Origin: an uncultured Candidatus Saccharibacteria bacterium
GTDB taxonomy: Bacteria; Patescibacteriota; Minisyncoccia; UBA6257; UBA9933
NCBI GenBank assembly: GCA_964428615.1
Contig: CAYRXZ010000001.1
Span: 2,334 to 66,333 of the forward strand
Direction: 5' to 3'
Length of the DNA: 64,000 nucleotides
Shown: positions 1 through 8,384 of the stretch, piece after piece
How the letters are laid out: each line of letters begins with the position of its first letter
How positions within the stretch are numbered: the first letter of the stretch is position 1
Notes under the pieces: generated by a model
Database searches by the model: none
What the model saw: the letters and a program-made list of their open reading frames with translations, nothing else
What the model was told of the DNA's origin: nothing
Made by a program: the position numbers and the translations under genes

Positions 1-789
1 TTTAACAAGCTTTTGCAAAGCCATTCTAGCAACTTCCCTTCTTATTGGATCAAAAGAAGAAATTACGATGCTTTCCGGAGTTTCATCTATAATAAATTCT
101 ACTCCGGTGGCGCGCTCCAAAGCACGGATATTTCTTCCTTCTCTACCAATTATTTTTCCCTTTAAATCTTCATCGTTTAAAGTAAAAACAGAGGTCGTCA
201 CATCGCTTACATGCGAACGCGCATAGCGTTGCATGGCTGTTGTCATAATATCCAAGCTCTTGTGTTCAATTTCCTCGCGTCTTTCTTTATCCATTTTAGA
301 AAGAGTTGAAACAAGTTCGCCTTGATGTAACTCTTGAGCATTTTTTAAAAGAATTTCTTTTGCTTGAATAGTAGACATCCCGGAAACTTTTTCAAGATCA
401 GAAACAACTTTTTTCTTAAGTTCATCTATTTCCGTTTTAGCTATTTTTAATTTTTCTATATCTTGCAAAGACCTTTCTTCGCGCTGTTTTAATTCAATGG
501 ATTGCGAGTCTAAATGCTCTTCTTTTTTAAGAAGCCTTTCTTCAAGTTTGCCAAGTTGAATTTTACCTTCTTTTTCAGCTTTTTTAATTTCTTCAAATGC
601 ACCCGTAGCCTTTTCTTGAGCTTCAAGAATTATTTCTTTTGCTTTTGATTTAGATTCTTCGATCTGCCTTTTTATTTTCTGCTCGACAGAATTAAGATTT
701 TTAGAAGCTATTATTTGGCGAATAAAATAGCCGGCAAACACCCCCAAAACAACCAAGCCGGCCCAAAAAAGCGGGTTTTGATAAATCAT
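1..789 (-). CDS. rny: Ribonuclease Y, 5' part (runs off the window start)
   Basis: Manual translation from ATG at 789: N-terminal TM helix [23 protein letters not shown], a coiled coil, then the KH motif [42 protein letters not shown]. Confidence 0.93.
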   Translation of the reverse strand, partial: MIYQNPLFWAGLVVLGVFAGYFIRQIIASKNLNSVEQKIKRQIEESKSKAKEIILEAQEKATGAFEEIKKAEKEGKIQLGKLEERLLKKEEHLDSQSIELKQREERSLQDIEKLKIAKTEIDELKKKVVSDLEKVSGMSTIQAKEILLKNAQELHQGELVSTLSKMDKERREEIEHKSLDIMTTAMQRYARSHVSDVTTSVFTLNDEDLKGKIIGREGRNIRALERATGVEFIIDETPESIVISSFDPIRREVARMALQKLVK

Positions 790-920
790 CGTTTAATAAT
801 CGCGAATAATCACGAAGTTGAACACGTTTTAAATTTTTAATTAATAAGTCCGTGGCCATATTCGTTTCAATTGGCGAATCTTTGTTTGCTATAAATTCAT
901 TATAACGGTAAAATAAAAAT

Positions 921-2462
921 ATGTCAAAACAACCGATTATATTGGCAATTTTAGATGGCTGGGGAGAGGGCCAGCCAAATAAAACAAATCCTATTTATAC
1001 TGCCGAACCAAAAAACTTTGATTATTTAAGAGCTAATTTCCCAAGCGGATTACTTCAGTCATCCGGCATCAGCGTCGGCTTGCCCTGGGGAGAAGAAGGA
1101 AATAGTGAAGTAGGACATTTAAATTTGGGCGCCGGAAGAATTATCTACCAATATTTGCCGAAAATTGATTTTGCTATTCGCGATGAAAGTTTTTTTAAAA
1201 ATCCTGCCATCAGAAACGCCTTTGAGCATACAAAAAAATATAATTCCAGCGTTAATCTGATAGGTTTAATAGGCAACGGCAATGTCCATTCTTCTTTTAA
1301 CCATATAAAATCACTTATCGAATTCGCGGTAAAAGAAAATGTTCCAAAAATAAATCTTCATCTTTTTACCGATGGCCGCGACAGCGCGCCGATTTCTTCA
1401 ATAGAAACATTAAATCGTCTGCCAAAAGAAGCTAACCTGGCAAGTATTAGCGGCCGTTTTTTTGGCATGGACAGAGAGGGTTATTGGGACCGTACCAAAA
1501 AAGCTTATTCTGTGATGATTGGAGAAGGTCCAGTAAACACCGATATTGAAACTTATATTAAAAATTCTTATGCGGGCAAAAAAACCGATGAATACATTGA
1601 ACCGACACGCGTAAAAGAAGGATGTGAAATTAAAGATAACGACGCGGTAATATTTTTTAATTTCCGCGAGGATAGAATCAGGCAAATGGCATCTGTTTTC
1701 GCCGATAGAAACTTCCAGAAATTCCCGGTTAAAAGTATCAACAATCTCTTTGTGGCAACAATGACACCTTACGATAAAAATATAAGCGCGGCAGTTATTT
1801 TCCCAAATGAAAAAATTGATTATTGTCTAAGTAAAATCTTGGCTGAAAACGGGAAAAATCAAATTAGAATAGCCGAAACTCAAAAATATCCTCATATAAC
1901 TTATTTTTTCAATGGCCTGGAAGAAAAGCCATTTTTAAATGAATATCGAACTTTAATCCCTTCAAGGCCGATTGTCAGACAAGACGAACACCCTGAAATG
2001 ATGACTCCAGAAATAGCCAATCGCGCCATAGAATCTATAATGGAAGATGCATTTGATTTTGTGCTTATAAATTTCGCCAATTCCGATATAATCGCCCACA
2101 CTGGAAATTATGATGCTTGTGTTAAAGCAGTAAAAGTAATTGATGAACAAATAGGAAAACTCATAAAAACCGTTTTAGAAACTGATGCTACTCTAATTAT
2201 TACGTCCGACCATGGCAATATAGAAAAAGTTATAGACGAAAGAACTGGGAATATCGAAACTAAACACAATGCCAATCCTGTGCCGATTTATATAGTTTCT
2301 AAAAAATTTATGCGTCCCAGAACTCAAGAAGAAATTCTTAGATCAAGAAAAGAAAACATCGGCATTTTAGCCGATGTCGCGCCCACTATTTTGGAATTAA
2401 TGGGTCTCCCCCAGCCAAAAGAAATGACAGGGCAGAGCCTAATTAAGTTTTTGGTGAGCTAG
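921..2462 (+). CDS. gpmI: 2,3-bisphosphoglycerate-independent phosphoglycerate mutase
   Basis: ILDGWG, GNSEVGH, DGRD, AETQKYPH, HTGN and TSDHGN motifs; 513 aa. Confidence 0.97.
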   Translation: MSKQPIILAILDGWGEGQPNKTNPIYTAEPKNFDYLRANFPSGLLQSSGISVGLPWGEEGNSEVGHLNLGAGRIIYQYLPKIDFAIRDESFFKNPAIRNAFEHTKKYNSSVNLIGLIGNGNVHSSFNHIKSLIEFAVKENVPKINLHLFTDGRDSAPISSIETLNRLPKEANLASISGRFFGMDREGYWDRTKKAYSVMIGEGPVNTDIETYIKNSYAGKKTDEYIEPTRVKEGCEIKDNDAVIFFNFREDRIRQMASVFADRNFQKFPVKSINNLFVATMTPYDKNISAAVIFPNEKIDYCLSKILAENGKNQIRIAETQKYPHITYFFNGLEEKPFLNEYRTLIPSRPIVRQDEHPEMMTPEIANRAIESIMEDAFDFVLINFANSDIIAHTGNYDACVKAVKVIDEQIGKLIKTVLETDATLIITSDHGNIEKVIDERTGNIETKHNANPVPIYIVSKKFMRPRTQEEILRSRKENIGILADVAPTILELMGLPQPKEMTGQSLIKFLVS

Positions 2463-2472
2463 ATAATTGGAT

Positions 2473-2495
2473 AATTAGTTTTTCAAAAACTAATT
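2473..2495. terminator. Inverted repeat between convergent gpmI and eno; possible bidirectional terminator
   Basis: AATTAGTTTTT-C-AAAAACTAATT; AT-rich stem, so weak. Confidence 0.4.
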
Positions 2496-2497
2496 CT

Positions 2498-3748
2498 CTA
2501 ATTCTCCAGTTTTCCAATCTCTAATAATCTATTATATTTTATCATTCTTTCCGGCGCCGATGGGGCGCCGGCTTTTATCCCAAAAGCTCCGGTTCCCACC
2601 GCTAAGTCAGCTATAAAATCATCCATTGTCTCGCCGCTTCTGTGAGAAATGACTGCTTGCCAATTATTCTCATATGCCAGTTTAACTACATTTAAAGTTT
2701 CTGTTAAGGTACCGATTTGATTCGGCTTTATTAAAATCGTGTTGCCGGATTTTTTTTCTATCGCGGTTTTTAACCTTTCAAAATTAGTTGTTGTTAAATC
2801 GTCTGTTATCACCAATAATCCGTGTAAATCCGTGTTCGGGTCCGTGTAAATCCGTGTTGTGAGAGACGCGAACGAATCAAATGACTCTTCGGAAAAAGGA
2901 TCCTCTATCGAAAAAATTTTATATGCTTCAATAATTCTATAATAATAATTTCTCAATTCTTCTGCTGAATATTCTTTTTTGCCCAGAATATAAACTCCCC
3001 CTTGTTTGTCGTTTGTCGTTTGTAGTTTATAAAATTGCGTTGCTGCCGTATCCAAGCCGATTTTCAATGGATAATTATGCTTCAAAATCAAATCCGCCAT
3101 AATCTCAAGCGCTTGTTCATTATTCTCAAAGGGGCACGAAAATCCCGCTTCATCACCAAACATAATATTTTCTTTACTAAATTTTTCCTCAAGAGATTCT
3201 CCTAATTTTCTGTAAAATTCTTGCCCCAAACCTAATGCCAAATTAAAGTCTTGTGTGTCGGGAATTATCTGAAATTCCTGAAAATTCAATTTTGATTCCG
3301 GATGCGTGGCATGCGCCCCGCCATTTATAACATTAAAAAGGGGTCGCGTGCTTCTTGAAACCTGAAACTTAGAATCTGAAATTTTATTTATATATTCAAA
3401 CAATTCAACGCCTTCTTTTTTTGCTTTTGACCGCGCAAACGCCAAAGACAAAACCAAAGTCAAGTTTCCGCCAAGATTACTCTTATTCTGGGTGCCGTCT
3501 AAATAAATCAAAAAATCATCAAAATCTTTTTGATCTTTAAATTCTCTGCCTAAAATGCCGAGCTTTGTCTTATTAAATTTTTCAACAGCAAGTTGTGGTT
3601 CCAACACAAACGCTTCATGCGCCCCCCGGCTTTTTCCGCTTGGAGCCGAGGCTATTGCTGAAAATTCACCGGCTTTTAATTCCGCTTCCAATGTATCTTT
3701 CCCCCGCGAATCCTGAATTATTTTTAAATTAATATCAATAATTTTCAT
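2498..3748 (-). CDS. eno: Enolase
   Basis: DSRG, PSGKSRG, NVINGGAHA, GDEAGF, IKPNQIGTLTET and SHRSGET motifs. Confidence 0.96.
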   Translation of the reverse strand: MKIIDINLKIIQDSRGKDTLEAELKAGEFSAIASAPSGKSRGAHEAFVLEPQLAVEKFNKTKLGILGREFKDQKDFDDFLIYLDGTQNKSNLGGNLTLVLSLAFARSKAKKEGVELFEYINKISDSKFQVSRSTRPLFNVINGGAHATHPESKLNFQEFQIIPDTQDFNLALGLGQEFYRKLGESLEEKFSKENIMFGDEAGFSCPFENNEQALEIMADLILKHNYPLKIGLDTAATQFYKLQTTNDKQGGVYILGKKEYSAEELRNYYYRIIEAYKIFSIEDPFSEESFDSFASLTTRIYTDPNTDLHGLLVITDDLTTTNFERLKTAIEKKSGNTILIKPNQIGTLTETLNVVKLAYENNWQAVISHRSGETMDDFIADLAVGTGAFGIKAGAPSAPERMIKYNRLLEIGKLEN

Positions 3749-3942
3749 TTTATGAAAAATCCATTATAAACCCAAAATATATCAATTAATAATCCCAAAA
3801 CACCGATAACCAAAATTGTCATTAAAACCCATAAAGGAAATAACTTTTTAAACTTAAGCCCCCACAATGAAATACAAATTAAAAATGCAAAGATGAAAAT
3901 GCCAAAGATATCAAAAAATTCCGGTCGCATAAAGTTAAACAT
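3745..3942 (-). CDS. Small two-TM membrane protein
   Basis: 65-aa hydrophobic ORF overlapping the eno start by 4 nt, same strand as its neighbours. Confidence 0.7.
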   Translation of the reverse strand: MFNFMRPEFFDIFGIFIFAFLICISLWGLKFKKLFPLWVLMTILVIGVLGLLIDIFWVYNGFFIK

Positions 3943-3953
3943 ATTAATTAACT

Positions 3954-4583
3954 TTAATTCACTATAATCTTATTAATAATAAAAAAATCTTTTACAATTT
4001 CAAAAATTTTTCTGTGGCCCTCAGAATTCGGGTGCAGACCGTCTTCTGATAAATTTTCATTCCCTTTTAATTGATCGAAGACTTCTATAAATAAAAGATC
4101 ATTCTCCTCGCAAACTTTTTTTATAATTTCATCGTATTTTTGAATATATTCATTTTTGTAAAATTTATCTGTATCCCATGGAATCGGCGTAGTTTTTAAT
4201 TCTTTAATCGGCGTTAAACCGACAAAAATTATTTTCCCCGAAAACTGCTTAACACGACTTATTAAAAATAAAATGTTGTTTTTAAAATTTTCGAGCGGAA
4301 CCCGAAAACTATTTTTAGTAGGAATAAATTGAGAATCATTTATTCCTATCGCAAAAATAAAAATCGTTTTTTCTTTACTGTCAAATCTAATCCTTATTTC
4401 CTGTTCAAATCTTTTTAATAAAGCTTCCGTATTATCACCGTTGATCCCAAGATTATATACGGAAAAATCGCTTTCGTCAGACAAATTTTTATCATCTAAA
4501 AACTTTCTTAGCCTTTTCACCCAACCGCCCTCATTATCACAAGCACCATAAGTTATACTATCCCCAAAAATAAGAATTGTCAT
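3954..4583 (-). CDS. SGNH/GDSL-family hydrolase
   Basis: FGDSITYG, NLGING, GIND and DGLHPN blocks. Confidence 0.93.
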   Translation of the reverse strand: MTILIFGDSITYGACDNEGGWVKRLRKFLDDKNLSDESDFSVYNLGINGDNTEALLKRFEQEIRIRFDSKEKTIFIFAIGINDSQFIPTKNSFRVPLENFKNNILFLISRVKQFSGKIIFVGLTPIKELKTTPIPWDTDKFYKNEYIQKYDEIIKKVCEENDLLFIEVFDQLKGNENLSEDGLHPNSEGHRKIFEIVKDFFIINKIIVN

Positions 4584-4584
4584 T

Positions 4585-7011
4585 TTATTGCTTCTTCAAT
4601 TTCTTCTCCTTTTCGTAAACTTTCAAAGTCGTTTTTATCACCGTGTCCGGGTTTAAAGACATACTCTCAATGCCTTGTTCAACCAAAAACTCGGCAAAAT
4701 CGGGATAATCAGACGGAGCTTGGCCACAAATACCAATATATTTCTTGCGTTTGCGGCATTTTTTGATTACTTCGACGATTAATTTCTTAACTGATTCATC
4801 TTTTTCATTTGCTACGTCGCGAACCAATTCCGAAGCGTCACGATCTATACCAACTGTTAATTGAGTTAAATCATTTGAACCGATACTCATGCCATCAAAA
4901 ATATTTAAAAATTCGTCCGCTAAAACAACATTTGAAGGAATTTCGCACATGACAAAAATATTAAGATTTTTGTCACCCCGAGCTTGCCGAAGGGTTTTCT
5001 TTATTATTTCAATAACTTTCTTGCCTTCTTCCACTGTCCGGCAAAACGGCACCATTACCGCCACATTATCCAATTTCATTTCTTCACGAACTTTTTTAAT
5101 TGCTTTAAGCTCTAATACAAAAGCCGAAGCAAAATTCGGGTGATAATAACGCGAAGCGCCACGCCAGCCAATCATTGGATTTTCTTCTTGTGGCTCATAA
5201 ATTTCTCCGCCAATTAAAGTACAGTATTCATTTGTTTTAAAATCCGAAAACCTTACAATAACTTGTTTTGGATAAAACGCCGCGGCGATTTTTGCAATTC
5301 CATAAGCAAGCTTATCAATATAAAATTGTTTTTTATCTATGTAGCCTATTGTTTTTTTATCTACAAGTTTTTTTACCGCCACAGGAAGTTTTTTATAATT
5401 TATTAAAGCATTTGGATGAATACCGATATCACTGGCGATAATAAATTCTTCTCTTGCCAGCCCGACACCATCATTCGGCAAAAGCGATTTTTCAAAAGCT
5501 GTATCCGAAGTAGCGATATTCATCATTATTTTGGTCTTCGGTTTAGGAAATTTTTTAACGTTATTTTCTATCACTTTAAAATTCAAAGCTCCATCGTAAA
5601 TTACGCCCTCGCTGGAAGTGGTGTCTACGGTTATAGTCTGACCCGTTTTTATCTTTTTTGTGGCATTGCCAGAGCCTACAACGCAAGGAATGCCCAATTC
5701 ACGCGAAACTATAGCTGCATGTGAAGTTCGTCCGCCTTTATCTGTAACAATCGCCGAAGCGATTTTCATAATTGGCTCCCAATCCGGGTCTGTCATATCA
5801 GTTATTAAAACTTCGCCCGCTTTAAACTGGCTTATTTGTTTAGCGTCTAAAATTATCCGCGCTTTGCCAACGGCAATTTTATTCCCTACTGATGCTCCTT
5901 TTACAATAACCCTTTTAATTTGTCTCTTATTGCTCGTCACTAATCGATATTCTTTTATTTTTGAAAAATCCCGGCGGCTATGAACTGTTTCTGGTCTGGC
6001 TTGAACAATAAAAAGTTCTCCTGTTTTGCCGTCTTTCGCCCATTCCATATCCATTGGCGTCCATTTTTTCCGCAAAGTCGTGTAATGTTTTTCTATTATC
6101 ATTGCCCACTCCGCCAATTTCAAAATTTCCGCTTCACTTAAAATAAATTTATTTTTTTCTTCTATTCCTACGTCTATAACTTTTGTTTTTTTAATACCGC
6201 GACCGGTTGAATAAACCATTTTACGGCTCTTATCGCCAAGCCGTTTATCTATAATTGCCCTAGTCTTTTTGAAAACCAAGAACTCGTCCGGCGTTACTTC
6301 TCCCTGCACAACCATTTCGCCTAAACCCCAAGCGCCGTTTATTAAAACTACATCTGGAAAACCTGACTCCGTATCAAGTGTAAATATTATTCCCGAACAT
6401 CCCAAATCTGAGCGCACCATTTTTTGTACACCCACTGAAAGAGCCATTTTAGTGTAATCAAATCCCTTATCCGCCCTGTAAGAAATCGCCCTATCTGTGA
6501 ACAAAGAAGCAAAAGATTCTTTCACCGCTTGTAAAACTTCTTTTGTGCCGCGAATATTCAAAAATGTTTCGTATTGGCCGGCAAACGACGCATCGGGCGC
6601 GTCTTCTGTTGTCCCGCTGGTACGAACTGCCACATCTGCATTTTTACCATATTCTTTTTCTAATTTTTTATAATTTAAAGCTATTTCTTCTTCAAGTTCT
6701 CTTGGCACATCAACGCTTTTAATCATTTCCCTGATTAATTTTCCACGCCTAGCTAAATCCGGAAGGTTATGGGTATTTAAACCTTTAAGTGTTTCCGCTA
6801 TGAAAACTTCTATTGTTTTGTTTTTGTTTTTAAGTTTTGTATTTTTTAAAAAATACCTATATGCTTCCGCCGTTACCGCGAAACCATCGGGTATATTTAA
6901 ACCTTTCGGTTTTAAATATTGGATCATTTCCCCAAGCGAACCGTTTTTCCCACCCACTTCTAAAACATTTTTAATTCCTACTTCTTTAAATTGTTTTATA
7001 AATTTTTTCAT
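4585..7011 (-). CDS. ppsA: Phosphoenolpyruvate synthase (pyruvate, water dikinase)
   Basis: VGGKNGSLGEM, EDAPDASFAGQ, GGRTSHAAIVSRELG (phospho-His) and SIGSNDLTQL. Confidence 0.97.
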   Translation of the reverse strand: MKKFIKQFKEVGIKNVLEVGGKNGSLGEMIQYLKPKGLNIPDGFAVTAEAYRYFLKNTKLKNKNKTIEVFIAETLKGLNTHNLPDLARRGKLIREMIKSVDVPRELEEEIALNYKKLEKEYGKNADVAVRTSGTTEDAPDASFAGQYETFLNIRGTKEVLQAVKESFASLFTDRAISYRADKGFDYTKMALSVGVQKMVRSDLGCSGIIFTLDTESGFPDVVLINGAWGLGEMVVQGEVTPDEFLVFKKTRAIIDKRLGDKSRKMVYSTGRGIKKTKVIDVGIEEKNKFILSEAEILKLAEWAMIIEKHYTTLRKKWTPMDMEWAKDGKTGELFIVQARPETVHSRRDFSKIKEYRLVTSNKRQIKRVIVKGASVGNKIAVGKARIILDAKQISQFKAGEVLITDMTDPDWEPIMKIASAIVTDKGGRTSHAAIVSRELGIPCVVGSGNATKKIKTGQTITVDTTSSEGVIYDGALNFKVIENNVKKFPKPKTKIMMNIATSDTAFEKSLLPNDGVGLAREEFIIASDIGIHPNALINYKKLPVAVKKLVDKKTIGYIDKKQFYIDKLAYGIAKIAAAFYPKQVIVRFSDFKTNEYCTLIGGEIYEPQEENPMIGWRGASRYYHPNFASAFVLELKAIKKVREEMKLDNVAVMVPFCRTVEEGKKVIEIIKKTLRQARGDKNLNIFVMCEIPSNVVLADEFLNIFDGMSIGSNDLTQLTVGIDRDASELVRDVANEKDESVKKLIVEVIKKCRKRKKYIGICGQAPSDYPDFAEFLVEQGIESMSLNPDTVIKTTLKVYEKEKKLKKQ

Positions 7012-8381
7012 ATTTTTAATATTAACATTAAATCTGATACATTAAAAGTTTTCTTTTCTGTAAAAATTAAATCTCCGGTTTTTTTAAAAAAATCAAAAAC
7101 ATTATGATTTTTAAGATATTTTTCAAAGTTTAATTTCAACTTCTGAGCCTTACTTATTGTCAAAATATCGCCAATTGCGCCCGCAGCCTCGGTATTATCT
7201 TTGCCGTCACTGGCAACGCTCAAAAGAACGTAATTCTGAATTCTAAATTCTGAATTCTGAATTAGCATTTCTAAAACTCCAAGCACCGCCTCCATATTCC
7301 TTCCTCCCTTGCCCGGATTTTTCCCTAAAACAATCGTCGTTTCTCCCCCAGCCACAGCAATGTTTACTTTCCTATAGGAAAGTAAACCAACCAGTGGTAT
7401 TAAGGAATTTTTGGCTTCTCCGTTTAATTTATATGAATAAATTTTCGGCAAAAACCCCAATTTTTTCGCCTTTTTCACCATTGCCATGATGGGCTCGCGG
7501 TTGGAAACAAACAAAATATTTTTGACACTTTTAAAATATTTTTTATCCCCGGTAGTAGAACTTCGTTCGCTACGGGGCTTCGCTTTCGGCGTTTCTATCA
7601 ACAAATTACGCGTAACAGGCGACAATAATCCATATTTTTTCAAAATTTTTTCCGCGTCTTTTTTTGTTGTTTTATCAGGCATTGTCGGACCGGAGGCCAC
7701 CATAGATAAATCTCCGCCTATAACGTCGGAAACTATTAAAGAAATCATTGTTGCCGGATAAGCAATTTTCGCCAGCCCGCCGCCCTTAACTTCGGATAAG
7801 TGCTTTCTTATTGTATTAAGCTCAATTATATTAGCTCCAGCGCTAGTTAATTTACTAAAAATCTCACGTGAAGCTTTTAATTCTTTTTTTGAACCGCAAA
7901 GCAATGCCGAACCGCCCCCGCAAATAAAGGAAATTATTAAATCATCTTTACCGGCTTTTCCCGCCAATTCAATTATTTTTTTTGTGGCTCTCACATTTTG
8001 AAGTGACGGTAGCGGATGCGTACCCGTTAAGAATTCAGAATTTAGAATTAAGAATTTAGAATTTAGGGACGGCTTATTAATATCTAAAGCAATACATTTA
8101 TTCAATTTTTTGCCTAAAATATCTGCCAGTGCCATACTCGCCAAAGCCGAACCCTTACCAATTCCAATGATAAAAACTTTTTTATAATTACCCAAACCTA
8201 TTTCTAATTTTCTGCTTCCCTTCAAGGAAGCAGATTTTATTGTAAGTTTACTGCCGTTCAGCTCTATTTTTCCACCTATTACCTTTTGAATATTTATTGC
8301 ACTATATCCCGCTTCAATAATTTGAAGCGCTTTTTTACGAAGCGGACTTTTCGCTAAATTTTTAAAATTAGTAATTATCAT
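7008..8381 (-). CDS. Glycerate 2-kinase (DUF4147/MOFRL family)
   Basis: GIGKG, HPLP, GGGSAL, RKHLSEVKGGGLA, SDVIG, ASGPT, GGETT and GKGGRN motifs. Confidence 0.9.
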   Translation of the reverse strand: MIITNFKNLAKSPLRKKALQIIEAGYSAINIQKVIGGKIELNGSKLTIKSASLKGSRKLEIGLGNYKKVFIIGIGKGSALASMALADILGKKLNKCIALDINKPSLNSKFLILNSEFLTGTHPLPSLQNVRATKKIIELAGKAGKDDLIISFICGGGSALLCGSKKELKASREIFSKLTSAGANIIELNTIRKHLSEVKGGGLAKIAYPATMISLIVSDVIGGDLSMVASGPTMPDKTTKKDAEKILKKYGLLSPVTRNLLIETPKAKPRSERSSTTGDKKYFKSVKNILFVSNREPIMAMVKKAKKLGFLPKIYSYKLNGEAKNSLIPLVGLLSYRKVNIAVAGGETTIVLGKNPGKGGRNMEAVLGVLEMLIQNSEFRIQNYVLLSVASDGKDNTEAAGAIGDILTISKAQKLKLNFEKYLKNHNVFDFFKKTGDLIFTEKKTFNVSDLMLILKI

Positions 8382-8384
8382 AAA

